A stretch of DNA of 63,560 nt, filler included, from Octopus bimaculoides (GCF_001194135.2; 9 parts of 7 records of this genome joined end to end with filler, not necessarily neighbours in it); one strand, 5' to 3'; positions 1 to 15,180 are shown, counted from the whole stretch's first letter. The notes: a model not told the origin generated them from the sequence alone. A program made the numbers and translations.

Positions 1-365
1 GAGAGAGAGAGAGAGAGAGAGAGAAATAATTATGCAGATAAATGAATGAACTACAAATGACTGGGTTTGATATACAATATATATATATATATACATACAT
101 ACATGGAAGGAGAACGAAGGAAAAGCTGAAAATTTTCAGACGATGAATACGTAAATATTAATACATAGATACTTATATGTTAATAGATCAAACTTATACA
201 GAGTACAAATGACAGAGAAAATTAAAGAGAAGCAGGTAGCGTGTTCCAAGTCCAACAGCTGTTTCTAGGGATTTAGCGATCCATCATAGTGTTGGTAGAT
301 GTAAATTAACACAATATGCAGGGAGTCATAGCAGCAAATAAACAATGGACAGATGGAGCCACCGT

Positions 366-449
<84 letters not shown>

Positions 450-490
450 AATGAGTAGTTGAACACCAGCCTCCCAAGTTTCTCGCTCAC

Positions 491-573
491 CTGCTCGTTC
501 AGGACAGTGGGTATCCTAATGAAATAATTCGTTGCCAAGACTTCAACTGTCCGTAAGATGGGCGCAAAATAAA
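491..573 (-). CDS. Candidate orphan exon, unknown protein
   Basis: ttgttctatag|tt-YFAPILRTVEVLATNYFIRIPTVLNEQ|gtgagc; 83 nt, phase 1-0, strong CAG|GTGAG donor, phase-compatible with 9393-9473. Confidence 0.35.
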
Positions 574-2314
574 CTATAGAACAATGTGTACAGCCGTTCC
601 TCCTAAGTCCAGCTGCATCTCAATTTACGAAACTTTATGTACAATATCCTCCTCATGCCTTCATGCAACAGAATATGAATTCAAAACTTGTTTATGCGAA
701 CCGTTACTCCCACATGCCACAGCCGATTTATAGGTTAGTGTAAGACTTAATATATGAAATTAAGCTGTCTTAATGACCATTTTGGTACCACAAGTTGTTC
801 CATGTATGAGGAGTACAAAGAAGAGCGAAGATCTCTTAAAGATGTCTTAAAGATCAAACAAAACAAGAATTAGTTTTATACATGGGAATTGATATTCTTA
901 ATGATTTTGCTAGTAATAAGTTTTTGTCAATTTTAATCATTCCCCACTTCCAAATTTTGCTACACGAGCAGAATGAAAATAGTTACCTGTTTAGTTTAGG
1001 TTACCATTTTGAGCGAATCACTATCTTAGCTAAAGAAATACTGAAGCTGCCACATTGCTTTTGACGAAGGAATTTTTCGTTTGGCTTCAACGTGTCANNN
1101 NNNNNNNNNNNNNNNNNNNNNNNNNNNNNNNNNNNNNNNNNNNNNNNNNNNNNNNNNNNNNNNNNNNNNNNNNNNNNNNNNNNNNNNNNNNNNNNNNNNN
1201 NNNNNNNNNNNNNNNNNNNNNNNNNNNNNNNNNNNNNNNNNNNNNNNNNNNNNNNNNNNNNNNATATATATGTGTACAAATACGCACGTACATGCCCTCA
1301 CCCACATACATGCATAATGCATGCATACATACATACATACATACATAATGGATAAGCTTGGTTTTTCAGAAAAATAAATCAGCCAACTGACTCGCACATC
1401 ACAAAGGCATTGTTTACGTTATCTACATTTCAGCAACAGAACTTTGTATCTTTGTTTGAAATCAGCTCCTTCTTCAAAGAAAATTTTAATAATTAAAAAC
1501 AGAAAAGAATATGCATACATGTATACACACATACATACATACCTACATACATACATATAGACAGACAAACAGACAGACAGACACATACACATGCACACAG
1601 ACATTTAGTAAAATGCGGTTATGCATATGGGTATGTTTGTATGTATGCAGATAAGTATAAAAATTTAATTGCATTTTCTGATTTCCATTTTTTATGGATG
1701 GCTTATGTAATCTTCAGCTCTCAAAGTCATTCATAAAACAATAGCATAACTTTCTTCATAATTTGCGTTCCCACACCATTCTTTCGCATAATTATATACG
1801 CATAATTTATCTGGATTAATTTATCTGGGTTAATTGTGTAGGAAAACATGGAATTGACCTGACTACCTATCCTGAATTACATAATAAGTGTAGCTCAGTC
1901 AAATTTGGGGTAATACATATCTCCTAAACATTAATATTGCGGTACCTATTCTTGCAGGTAAACACAAAGCATAAGGTCAGATAAATGTTATGGAAAGTGT
2001 TAAATTTCTCCATAGAGTGTCGCTCATCAGACGTTCATAACTCAGACGCATTTAATGGCGCTTGAGAGCTACAGCTTATCACACAGCCTTTTTTTTCTAT
2101 TGTGTCGGTATAAGCAGTTGCCATATTTTCCCGTATACCAGGTCTAAAGAGTATATCGTGTTCCTTAAGAATACTGTTATCAAATGTCCGGCTATTTAAT
2201 ACCCAGTAGGAACCGATTGGTAACATCGCTTCTATATGGATTTGTAATACTGCACACTTTGATTAATATATGCGTGTGTGTGTGAGTGTGACTGCATGCG
2301 CACAGACGCTCACG

Positions 2315-2346
<32 letters not shown>

Positions 2347-2634
2347 CTTACTCAAACTATCAGACACACAGATACACAGACACACGGACACACACATATA
2401 TCGTTGCTATTGTGAAAAAGTGTCGTAAGTCCAAAATATTACCTTTTCAGAAAATGAAAAAATAGTTTCACTATTCCATAGCAAGACTACACTTTGTACC
2501 ACACTTTAGAAAATTTTGATATCTTGGCATCAGAAGCAGTTGGAGATACAATAGTTTGACCAAAAGAACCGGCAAGCAAAAATAAGTTTTGAAGAAAACG
2601 CATTTGGCCAGATTTTGATTTACGACAGTTTAAC

Positions 2635-2675
<41 letters not shown>

Positions 2676-3581
2676 NNNNNNNNNNNNNNNNNNNNNNNNN
2701 NNNNNNNNNNNNNNNNNNNNNNNNNNNNNNNNNNNNNNNNNNNNNNNNNNNNNNNNNNNNNNNNNNNNNNNNNNNNNNNNNNNNNNNNNNNNNNNNNNNN
2801 NNNNNNNNNNNNNNNNNNNNNNNNNNNNNNNNNNNNNNNNNNNNNNNNNNNNNNNNNNNNNNNNNNNNNNNNNNNNNNNNNNNNNNNNNNNNNNNNNNNN
2901 NNNNNNNNNNNNNNNNNNNNNNNNNNNNNNNNNNNNNNNNNNNNNNNNNNNNNNNNNNNNNNNNNNNNNNNNNNNNNNNNNNNNNNNNNNNNNNNNNNNN
3001 NNNNNNNNNNNNNNNNNNNNNNNNNNNNNNNNNNNNNNNNNNNNNNNNNNNNNNNNNNNNNNNNNNNNNNNNNNNNNNNNNNNNNNNNNNNNNNNNNNNN
3101 NNNNNNNNNNNNNNNNNNNNNNNNNNNNNNNNNNNNNNNNNNNNNNNNNNNNNNNNNNNNNNNNNNNNNNNNNNNNNNNNNNNNNNNNNNNNNNNNNNNN
3201 NNNNNNNNNNNNNNNNNNNNNNNNNNNNNNNNNNNNNNNNNNNNNNNNNNNNNNNNNNNNNNNNNNNNNNNNNNNNNNNNNNNNNNNNNNNNNNNNNNNN
3301 NNNNNNNNNNNNNNNNNNNNNNNNNNNNNNNNNNNNNNNNNNNNNNNNNNNNNNNNNNNNNNNNNNNNNNNNNNNNNNNNNNNNNNNNNNNNNNNNNNNN
3401 NNNNNNNNNNNNNNNNNNNNNNNNNNNNNNNNNNNNNNNNNNNNNNNNNNNNNNNNNNNNNNNNNNNNNNNNNNNNNNNNNNNNNNNNNNNNNNNNNNNN
3501 NNNNNNNNNNNNNNNNNNNNNNNNNNNNNNNNNNNNNNNNNNNNNNNNNNNNNNNNNNNNNNNNNNNNNNNNNNNNNNNNN

Positions 3582-3621
<40 letters not shown>

Positions 3622-4193
3622 GTGTGTGGTACGTTTGGCATGTTAGTACGATTGCATGACTACATATGTACGTAGAAATGTAGGCATGTATGCACGGTAT
3701 GCATTATTGTGTACGTGTGAGTGCACGTGTGCCTGAGCATGCGTTTACGTGCATTAGCATTAAAGAACGCATTTCAATATACAGATGTGTTAAAATACGA
3801 AGACACTATTATATGTTTGCATGTAATTATGCACGTATACATGCACGTATGAAAAACCCCATATATTTTCTGTGATTCAGACACGAATATACTTATTCGG
3901 TGCGCTTTTGGACGCACCAAGATCTATTGATCTTTTCATTACATGTCACGAGTAAACACGCGCATAATATATGCATGTATATAGCTACGGACATACATGC
4001 ATACAGACAAGCATACATACATATATGCATATATACATACATACATATATATATATATACGTATATGCATATCTGTATACACATGTACGTATACATGTAT
4101 GTTGTCTCTTTCTCTCTCTATATATTTATATAAATAAACATATATAATATATATATACATATATATGCATATATATATGTAAATATGTATATA

Positions 4194-4250
<57 letters not shown>

Positions 4251-4711
4251 TTATCTGTCAATCTATCTGTTTATGCATCGATCTATATGTGCATGTATGT
4301 ATACATACATATACATATATGTATATACACACACAAACACGTACACACATTTACACACACGCGCGCGCGCACACGCATACCTGGATGCATGGATATACTT
4401 TGATACCCATACACGCGCGGGTATATACATACATTCAACACATCCAACAAGATATATTATGCTTGCATTTTGTTTGTGATTTTTAGCTTGTTTTCTCTCC
4501 GTCTTTTATGTTTTCGCACCAACCTGCCGCAGCAGAATGACTCATTATTCCTGTGATTATTGGCTCGACTCCATAGGAATTTCCTCTATACTGGGATTAA
4601 GTTATTGCTTTCTGATTACATCGCCGTTTTGATATGGAAGCGACATAGCGTCGTAATTTGCCGGAAACGGATATCATACAACAAAACATTACTGTGAGCT
4701 TTTTTAGGCAA

Positions 4712-4768
<57 letters not shown>

Positions 4769-4803
4769 GATTATTATTATTATCATCATCATCATCATTA
4801 CTA

Positions 4804-4841
<38 letters not shown>

Positions 4842-4943
4842 ATTATTACTATTAATACTATTTTTATGGCTACTGTGACTGGTGTTATGATCATTTTCAA
4901 CATCATTATTATTATCCTTGTGGTTGTAGTTATGTTGTTGTTG

Positions 4944-4998
<55 letters not shown>

Positions 4999-6887
4999 CA
5001 TTGATGTTGTCGTTGTTGTTTTTATTATTCCATGTTTCTGGCTGAAGCAATAGATGAGGATTGTGCAATTATTTCTTACGATATTATAGTGCTTTTCTCT
5101 TTCAGTTTTTATATTTATAGTCTCGCGGAAAGTTTCTAATAGTTTGGGAACACGTGACTAAATACCTTGGAGCATGCATTCACATTTCTCTAGAGAACCC
5201 AAAAAGGTTGACTTTTTTCTTTTACCTTTTGTAAGTGGCAACAATATATTACACTGTAGCTAATTCTGGCCGCACATATATAAATATATACGGGTGTAGG
5301 TACGTGTGTATGTGTGCGGTGTCTCTGGTCTGTGTGTGTGTGTGGTGTGATGCGCGTGGTGCATATCTTAATAGTATTTATGTATATATATGTATGTATA
5401 TATATATGTNNNNNNNNNNNNNNNNNNNNNNNNNNNNNNNNNNNNNNNNNNNNNNNNNNNNNNNNNNNNNNNNNNNNNNNNNNNNNNNNNNNNNNNNNNN
5501 NNNNNNNNNNNNNNNNNNNNNNNNNNNNNNNNNNNNNNNNNNNNNNNNNNNNNNNNNNNNNNNNNNNGTTAAGGTAGAAAATGCTAAAAATAATTTTATA
5601 AAAAACATTTCAGTACCGGTTTCGGTCATTGAGACTTTTTCAGCTGTAAGTATGGGAAACAATTAAATTTTGGAAAAATTAAATGAAAATTATTTTAAAA
5701 GAATATTTGCATAGTATTCAAATAAAGGAGCATTTTCCTTGTTTCTGCATGTCTCTGTCTCTCTCGTTTACTCTTGTGGGTTTGAGAAAAAATTTATAAT
5801 ATTTGCGTAGGTGTTATTCTAAACAGCAGTAGTAGTAAAGTCAGGAAGGAGGTGGCGAGAGGAAGAAGAAGACGAATGAGACAGAGAAGAGAAAGAATAA
5901 TAAGAGAATGTAGGATGGTAGGATAGTAGTAGGATGTTAAGTGGCTGGTTGTGGATTATAAGAGTGATTGGGGCTATGCATATATATGTATATATATATA
6001 NNNNNNNNNNNNNNNNNNNNNNNNNNNNNNNNNNNNNNNNNNNNTTAATTAATTAANNNNNNNNNNNNNNNNNNNNNNNNNNNNNNNNNNNNNNNNNNNN
6101 ATATATATATATATATATATATATATACGTGTGTGTGTATATCCATATATCTATTTATATATATGTACACACATACACCCCGACTGATACAGACATACAG
6201 ACACAAACACATATGTGTTTGGTGTGTGAGTCTGCGTGTGTGGTGTGTGCGTGTGCATATGTGTGTGTGTGTGTGCATATGTGTGTGTGTGCATATGTGT
6301 GTGTGTGTATATGTGTGTATGTGCATATGTGTGTGTGTGTGCATATATGTGTGTGTGTGTGCGTGTGCTTGTGTATTTGTGTGCCTATGTCTTTGTACAT
6401 ATGTATATCGTTGACATCAAGTATATGCATTCATGCATATATTTATTGCATTTAACCAAGAAAACATTGCAATTTAAATCAGAATAAATATGTTCAGGAG
6501 ATATACCAGTCGTGGTTCAGATTCAAAGTGGAATCAGGGAATGCACAAGAGTAATGACTCCTCATTCTGCGTGCGTATTATATGTATTACAAAGATATGC
6601 AGACGACTCACTGGTTGGAATTGTCACCATTCAAGTCAAGAAGAATGGAAAGAAATCAGCCATGTGAAAACTATTTACCCTCAACCATTGGCAGCACTGT
6701 CCCAATTATGGTCATGATCCACTGTAAAACGCACAGTGGATCTCGAGACAAGTCACCAATTCTAGACATTAGAAGTGGGACTAGTAGGATCCACAAAACA
6801 TGTGTCGCTTTCTTCCCTACAATGAGAATTCGAAACATACAGTTATATACATACATATAAACATACATACATACATGCACACACACA

Positions 6888-7004
<117 letters not shown>

Positions 7005-7198
7005 TCGGGAACTCTGCAGTGTTGAGATAATTAGAATAATAATTTCTTAAGTAGCTGGAAGATGGATTTGGTATTAGTCTTTACTTTGTACAACGGTCGT
7101 TTCAGCCTACCCTACTACTGTCCCATAAAGAATGGGTCGAAATGACTGTTGGACAAAATAAAGATTTATATCAAATCTATCTTTTGGTTACTTAAGAA

Positions 7199-7240
<42 letters not shown>

Positions 7241-7410
7241 TTATACATACATATATACGTAAATATATATACCCATATATGTGGGTGAGGTTGTATGCAT
7301 TATGCATGCACTTATGCATATAGGTGTGTGTGTGTGAGTGAGAGAGAATGTTTGTGTGTGTGTTTGTATGTGTGCGTGTGTGCATGTTCGTGTGTGCGCG
7401 TGCGTGTGCA

Positions 7411-7449
<39 letters not shown>

Positions 7450-8047
7450 CCCAAAAACGAAAGCGTCTGAGGTCGACATAACATAGATATATATATATAT
7501 ATAGATAAAACATGATAGGCGTCACAATGAGGCAATTTTCGCAAACGAGGACGGCAGTGTCCAACTGTCTAATTCACCTGAAACAAGTGAGATTAAAGGA
7601 AATGATACAAACAAATATAAATATATATATATAGAGTCAACATTTTTTTAAATGGAACAAGAACGTAACAGGCGAGAAGACAATTGGATAGTTAGATGAT
7701 ACAAAAAAAAGAGAGGAAAAAATAAGGACGGGTCATTCGGGGCTTTCAATCATCAGTCGAGAAGCAGATCATCTTTGCAGTTTCGGTCGGTTAATCTCGA
7801 GACTGCTCTAATCAGGCTAGCCCCAAGAAAATCTAAGCTAAGAGCACTACATTCTTTGGAAGAAAGCAAGTGAATTTGTACGAAAACAAGGACGGAAAAA
7901 AACGGAGAAATGGTACACAAATATGTACAAGTCGGATACAATATTAAATATTGTATACGACTTGAGATGTGTACCTTGCCTTAATGTTTGTTGTCCTTTT
8001 TAACAATTATGTGTGTGTGTATCTCTCTCTCTCTCTCTCTCTCTCTC

Positions 8048-8090
<43 letters not shown>

Positions 8091-8459
8091 CAATTTGTGC
8101 TGCAAGATTCCAGATGTGAAATCGTGTTAAAACAGACATTGTTGCATTTCGAGATGGTCATTTCTTTTTGCCAAATAAACACATGCACTATATATTTGCT
8201 CTTCACTTGTTTATTATTCTTCTTATTTGCTCATGCCCTTTGGCCGGAAAAGTGGAGCAAGAGCACTGACGTAAACGAAAAGAGTCACTGAAGAGGTCAC
8301 AGATATGTGGCGGAAGATTTCCTGATAATGGACATGAATTAAAATAACAACAGTAATAAACGATCGAAGAACAATTATATGGTGCGTGTGTTTATTTAGC
8401 AAAAGAATGACCATCCCGAAATACACCCAATACCGAAATCAGGTACAAGCCCTTCTAGG

Positions 8460-8600
8460 ATATTTCATATGTAGATTATTACAAATCTGTCTCGCTTTCG
8501 TTCCAGTTTTCTCAGCCTATCTCTATAGCTCTTCCGCTGCACTGTTTCAATAATTTTAATCTAGTGGCGTTCGATTACTTCAAACTCCGCTGTTAGATTG
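8460..8600 (-). mobile_element. CR1/L2-like LINE remnant
   Basis: IKIIETVQRKSYRDRLRKLERKRDRFVIIY resembles the LE.VQRR...SY.ERL..L...ERRR motif at the C-terminus of CR1-group RTs. Confidence 0.45.
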
Positions 8601-8661
8601 GCACATATAGAGATAGTCACATGCATACATATATACACGCATACATATATGCATTTTTTTT

Positions 8662-8704
<43 letters not shown>

Positions 8705-9392
8705 NNNNNNNNNNNNNNNNNNNNNNNNNNNNNNNNNNNNNNNNNNNNTTAATTAATTAANNNNNNNNNNNNNNNNNNNNNNNNNNNNNNNNNNNNNNNN
8801 NNNNAAATGAATAGTATAAAAACAAGAATACATATTATTTTCAAATAGTAGAAAATCTTTAGCAAAGTGAAAACAGTACTTATCCAAATTTTTCCGTAAT
8901 TCAAACTGAAAAACTAAGACGTTATCTAATAGCTATAGCGTTTTAAGCAAGAGTTCGCGCGAAAATACTACGTTAAAAAAGAACGTTAAAATAGAGAATA
9001 GAATACGAAAGCATGAATGAAATAATAATACTTAAATAAATGAATGAAAAATTTAAAATTTATATAACTAACAACATAAAAAGAACAAAAAACTATAGTT
9101 ATCTTATATATATATATATATTGTATAAAGGATCGTGGGTAAGGCCAAAACAATGCGAAGTAAATGCAAGGTAAATCACAAGAAAACAAATAGGTGAATT
9201 TACCTTGTATTCAATATTTCGGGGTTATGACCCCATTTTCAAGAAATTGACGAATATATATATGCATACATACATACCAACTTGTTACCAATTCAAATAT
9301 GCTTGAGCCATATTCGAGCCCGTAAGTAAGCCGTTCATTGTATTTTGACACGAAGAAAATTCCTCTCTGTAGATAGATATGTGTAAACTCAC

Positions 9393-9473
9393 CAAGTCCG
9401 TTGTCAGTGCCCCCTAGGCAGACTGGTGGATGCATGCATTTCGGAATGTTCGTCCCTTCTTCAGGACTAGAAA
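9393..9473 (-). CDS. Candidate orphan exon, unknown protein
   Basis: gtcttttcag|tt-SSPEEGTNIPKCMHPPVCLGGTDNGL-g|gtgagt; 81 nt, phase 1-1, only one frame open. No homolog recognised. Confidence 0.35.
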
Positions 9474-10034
9474 CTGAAAAGACAGACGTTCTCCCGTCTC
9501 TCTTTCACCGTTGTTCTTGGAAGATTTGATTAAAACGTCCCTAGACCATAATAACAGGACTGATTAAGTAAAAGATTTTAAAGTTTCAATTATCTCGCTT
9601 ATTGCTATTTTCTGTATTTAATATTCTATCTGCGTTGCTATTGCATTCTATCGCAAACTGATTTTCTTAACCAACAGATATTTTTGCAATAACAGTGATA
9701 TGTATTGACAATACAGAGTATCATTTTGGAGCAAAAACAACTCTGGTTCATTCTTCGACTGTTTCTTTGTTAACGTAACCGCTGAAATTTGCATACCTTT
9801 ACATATACAGAACAAAGTAGATAGAACCTGTTTCTTTTGGTTTGGTTTCACGTAAAACATAGAATACCCATTTGTAGTTTTGTGAAAGTCATGAAAAGCA
9901 AAACGAAGATAACAGCCCGAGTTACCTGTCATGTAGATCGCGTTCTAATAAAAAAAATTAAAAAAACAGAAACAAGCGGAAACTGGACTGTTGATGTTTC
10001 ATCAAGTGATTATTCTTATTTACCACAGAGTCAA

Positions 10035-10372
10035 TGTTGTTGGCACTCCGTCACTTACTACGACGAAGGTTCCAGTTGATCCGATCAACGGAACAGCCTG
10101 CTCGTGAAATTAACGTGCAAGTGGCTCAGCACTCCACAGACACGTGTACTCTTAACGTAGTTCTCGGGGATATTCAGCGTGACACAGTGTGACAAGGCTG
10201 GCCCTTTGAATTACAGGCACAACAGAAACATGAAGTAAGAGAATGAGTACAGCAGGGTTCGCCATCATCCTCTGCCGGAGCCTCGTGGAGCTTTTAGGTA
10301 TTTTCGCTCAATAAACACTCACAACGCCCGGTCTGGGAATCGAAACCGCGATCTTATGACCGCGAGTCCGCT
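10035..10372 (-). mobile_element. tRNA-derived SINE, same subfamily as 53805-54125
   Basis: Colinear with the 53.8-kb copy; head runs into the gap. Confidence 0.8.
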
Positions 10373-10838
10373 NNNNNNNNNNNNNNNNNNNNNNNNNNNN
10401 NNNNNNNNNNNNNNNNNNNNNNNNNNNNNNNNNNNNNNNNNNNNNNNNNNNNNNNNNNNNNNNNNNNNNNNNNNNNNNNNNNNNNNNNNNNNNNNNNNNN
10501 NNNNNNNNNNNNNNNNNNNNNNNNNNNNNNNNNNNNNNNNNNNNNNNNNNNNNNNNNNNNNNNNNNNNNNNNNNNNNNNNNNNNNNNNNNNNNNNNNNNN
10601 NNNNNNNNNNNNNNNNNNNNNNNNNNNNNNNNNNNNNNNNNNNNNNNNNNNNNNNNNNNNNNNNNNNNNNNNNNNNNNNNNNNNNNNNNNNNNNNNNNNN
10701 NNNNNNNNNNNNNNNNNNNNNNNNNNNNNNNNNNNNNNNNNNNNNNNNNNNNNNNNNNNNNNNNNNNNNNNNNNNNNNNNNNNNNNNNNNNNNNNNNNNN
10801 NNNNNNNNNNNNNNNNNNNNNNNNNNNNNNNNNNNNNN

Positions 10839-10898
<60 letters not shown>

Positions 10899-11429
10899 TT
10901 AAAATGTTTGCATGGTACTGGACGTGATCTCACTGCACTGCAACCTGAGAGTGGAATTCGGTAGACGGGAACTGTGCTGTTGTTGGTGATAAGGCATCTT
11001 GATTTGAACTTTCATATAGCTATGTAAAAAACATATGTTAATGATTGATTAAATTGCTGGCAATAAACTATGAACTAGGCGTTAATAAGTATTGATGGGG
11101 ATATAATATATTAAATGCTCTTGATGGTAATATCTCAGTATGGCCGCAGTCCAGTACCCACCCCAGTAAAAAAGCATATACAAGATATTCGGGCTAAATT
11201 TCAGGATTATTTCTCTTTTGTCAGGAACAGCCTGATGTATTGGAGAACAGTCAACAATGTTGCATAGTGTAAAGATTAAAATTGTGGTTGAGGAAAAGTT
11301 ATATAACATGGAGGACTAGAAGCCAACTGAATATAGGAAAACATTTACCTGTCTAATTGTGATTCGCGTCGGGTATCAAAACGCCGACATCATGACTGCT
11401 GCTCAATGCTCTGTGAACTCTGGACACCA

Positions 11430-11908
11430 TGAAAACTGAGTTCCCACAAACTATGATCTTTGGGTGTGTCTCTAGTGCCGTCCCACATTTTTGAACAGGG
11501 CTTTAGGCTCAATTCGGACGGCTAGGTGAAGCCGCCAGAGACTATGATCAAACTCTGTTTCGAGAGGGTTGGTGTTGGAAGGCCATATGTGTGGCAGCTG
11601 GATTCGGCTCCTTGCCATACCTCCGACAAGATTCAGAAATGGTTGTCGGAGAATTTCTACGACTTCACCAGTCCCGATTTCCGGCCGCCTAATGCCCCCG
11701 ATTGAAATCCCATGGATTACCGTGTAGGGAGTGGAAGCGTGGTTAAGAAAGACGCCAATCACTCACCAACAACACCAAAGCTGAGCTGGAGGCCAAGATC
11801 ATAGCGGTGTTCGAAGATTTTCTCAGGGACACACTGAGGAAGGTATGCGCCAGGTTCCAGAGCCTTTTTGAGGCTACGGTGGAAGCTGACGGCTGCTACT
11901 CTGAGTAA
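11430..11908 (+). mobile_element. Tc1/mariner DD37D (maT/Bmmar1-like) transposase remnant
   Basis: Broken frame reads MKTEFPQTMIFGCVSS...EQGFRLNSDG*...GRPYVWQLDSAPCHTSDKIQKWLSENFYDFTSPDFRPPNAPD*NPMDY...FEATVEADGCYSE*; stops and frameshifts. Confidence 0.85.
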
Positions 11909-12725
11909 GCCGTTATCTCCAAGCTATAATCTAGTTGATATTTTTTCAGTTTCAAAATACCTTCCTTTTTTGCACAGGATATTGTGTTTTCTTTTCCTTT
12001 TATGCAAACTATCAAATTTAGTCCGAACACCCTGTACATGTGTGCAAGTATATGTATGCGTGTGCTCGTGTGAGTGAGTGAGTGCGCGCGCACACGCGTG
12101 TTTGTAATGTGTTTGCCGTAGGACGTAAACAACAGTTAGTAAAATAGTGCTCGCTCTCTTAGTGGTTTTACTACAATCTTACTTATGCAGTGTTTCTTTT
12201 ACGGTGTCACTCTACCTTTTCTCTAATGCATTAATGGCTACGCAGTCCCATATTATATCAGCTCATCTGTATCTAACGAAGTATACAAGCATTGATATAT
12301 ACGTAACGAAGTGCAATCAGTATTACCTTTTAACTAGTGAATTTCCAGTTGTATATACCACACAGTTACTACCTAACCTCTCCCCTCTTAACCCTTAAAT
12401 GCGTTTATCAGTTGGCTGTCACTAATAAGTGGGTGTATACTCAATAATTCCAGATAACCCGGTGAATAACTGAACACTGACGAGATATTATTTATCTAAT
12501 CTTCTATCTGACAGAGCATAAAGTTTCTGAGTAGCTCAATACGTTATATTTTATCTAATAATAGATGGCAAGAGACGATACTGCCTTTCAAAATGGTGAT
12601 ATTTCTGAGGAAAGCATTACTCTTTATAACACAATCCTCCCTAGCTTATCGGAACTTCTAAATTTCCCTCGCCGACTTGATTGACATTTGAGCGGATGCT
12701 CTACTCATATGTGATTTCTTTCTTC

Positions 12726-12780
<55 letters not shown>

Positions 12781-13470
12781 TCCTTTTGTATGTATTTATG
12801 TATGTATACACATTCTTATACGTATATATGAAATGAACATGTATGCATGAATGTATGCACACACGCGTGCGCGCGTGTGTCCGTGTGGGCGCGCGCGTGT
12901 AATTATGTGTATATTAATTTTTAACACTCTTCTGCAAACTTGAATGTGATAAGCATTCATTGCGGGGTTTTATCTCGGAGAACAAATTTATCCCAATTAA
13001 TTTTGTGCGTAAAGGCACACAAAACTCCAAACGACGTCAACAGACTATCAAATATAGGGTTTCGGCGTGATTTCTTCTCTTCAGTTTTAGTTCCCTCCTC
13101 GGTCGTTTGGAGCTGGGCACACAAGATCTGAGACTTAGTAAGATGGAATTAATTCAGTATTAACGCAGGAAGCAAAGAGTATCGAAATAATGATGTGTAC
13201 ATTATTGTTAATGCGTTCCTTCACACAAGAAAGTAGAAAACATTAGCCCAGGGATATTTTTGACGGTAAACAAATTTTTCCCCTGAGACTTTAAGTATAA
13301 AATTACGCGGTTCCGTCATGACTTCGCTTTCTCAGTCATAGCAAAGGTAGACTCAATACAGTAAAAATATCAAAATCAAAACAAACCACAGCACATACTC
13401 AAGGCACTCTCAATAGTGATCTGTAGTGCACTAAAAACGCACATTTAAACTAAGACTAATAATAATAGCA

Positions 13471-13544
<74 letters not shown>

Positions 13545-13549
13545 GTTAT

Positions 13550-14720
13550 TTGCCGAAGTGGCATATCAGCACCTATAACGGGGATAATTGCAGAAAGGTT
13601 ATATCAACACGTATATGAGAAGCACATGTTGCTTGTTGAGCAGAAAGGGTGTTTGTAAAAAGAGCAGAGGAACGAAAGATCAATTAATGCGTCTTAAGAA
13701 ATTGCAGAAAAAGATTGTGCGGATCGACAAAAGAAAAGCATACGAACTAGTCCTACACTCGAAGATCAAACGAGCCTAGAAATCTTCATGGACTCGAAAA
13801 AGGTTAGATGCCGGTTAAAAATGCAATGCCTTATTGAGAGTAGAGGTAACATCCGGAGGAGAAAGATTATGAGAGATGCAGTTCAAAAGAGGAGTCTTTC
13901 AAAAGAAAGCCTTTCTCCCTTTTATATTAAACAAAGCTACAGAAGAGCACTGTTTGGGAGAAAATAGAAGAAAAAGGAATCATCTCCAATTTGTGAATGA
14001 GTTAAAGCTCTTCGGAACAGACAAGAAGCAACTGGATTCCTTGTCGGTACCCATAAGAATATTTAGTAGCGGTATGGGATGGCATTCTGAATCGAAAAAT
14101 GCGTAATGATAGGATGAAGCAGGAAAAAGAAAATTATAAAAGGTATAGAGATATGCAAATATAAAACGATTAAATGCAGATTAAACACAAATATCTGGAG
14201 ATACTAGAAAGTGACAAAATAAGAGGTCTACGAATTAAGGAAATGCTCAGTAAAGGATACTTAGGCACCATGAAAAAGAATCTAAAATCTAAACCGTATG
14301 CGGGAAACAAAAGATTCTGCAAGCAAAGCAAACTATGATTAAAAAAAAGCATCCTGAAGAAGAAAACCGAGAAAATGATCTTGGCAGCAGAATGGCAGGC
14401 CCTCAAAGTAAACGGCATCAAGACGCGATAGATCAACAAGACTGATTGTCCAAATGTAATATGTGTGATAATTTAGAGGTGCCCAAAACACGTATGAGTA
14501 TCGAAATGACCACAATTAACACAGAAAGAATACAAAATGCAAGAAGTATACCGGAATTACATATACATAAAAAAAAGCTATAACCATTTTATGTGAATAG
14601 AAATGCAAGCCATCGAAAACAAGAAAATGAGTTTGTTGTGGGATTTTCCTATACAAACCGAAAGAATAATAGGACACAGAATACCGTCTTCTACTAAACA
14701 CATCTCTAGCGTTGTTTTAT
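13550..14720 (+). mobile_element. R4/Dong-clade non-LTR retrotransposon remnant
   Basis: Degenerate RT motifs SRGTKDQL, IDKRKAYELVLHS, KRGVFQ, NHLQFVNELKLF and downstream LLWDFPIQTERIIGH, typical of R4/Dong ORFs. Confidence 0.8.
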
Positions 14721-14989
14721 GGCGTTGCGGTGTTATAAGGACGTATATGTCGATACTAATCCTACTTGTCCACAAAATACCGAAAGCTGCATCAGCAGTG
14801 TCTATGTGCCCATGTTGTCCCCGGAAAATGACTATCAGCCAAGGTTTGACATCTCACTGAAAAGTTATAAATTTTTTAGAGCTAAAACCAGTACAAACGC
14901 ACGACCGATGTCATAAATAACAGTGACAAACGAAATATACACCACCGATAGTTGTTGCTGACAAACAACAGCAGTAATTTTTTTCAGCT

Positions 14990-15180
14990 GAATAAACGTC
15001 ATTAATTGGTTGAAATTACCGAAACACGACAACTTTAACACGAAATAACTTTAAAAATATAAACTTTTCTCAACAACACTAAGAGTAAAAGATGTTCTAT
15101 ATGACACATTTTACCAGTATACGAAGTTTAGTTAAAGAAAATTAATTAATCGAACTGCCCATGAAAAGGGAAAGATCTCA
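14990..15180. mobile_element. Old diverged arm of the same MITE family
   Basis: attggttgaaattaccgaaacacgacaactttaacac...gatgttctatatgacacattttaccagt...gaaagatc matches the reverse complement of 28076-28254. Confidence 0.6.

Noticed and set aside
6716-6765. Hairpin gatccactgt/acagtggatc followed by CTAG as a Helitron 3' end
   Set aside because: Hairpin-to-CTAG spacing is about 20 nt and the next base is A rather than T; no 5' TC end identified.
12955-13130. Minus-strand open stretch ILCAQLQTTEEGTKTEEKKSRRNPIFDSLL...
   Set aside because: Protein-like but no homolog recognised, no start codon and no good donor; insufficient support.
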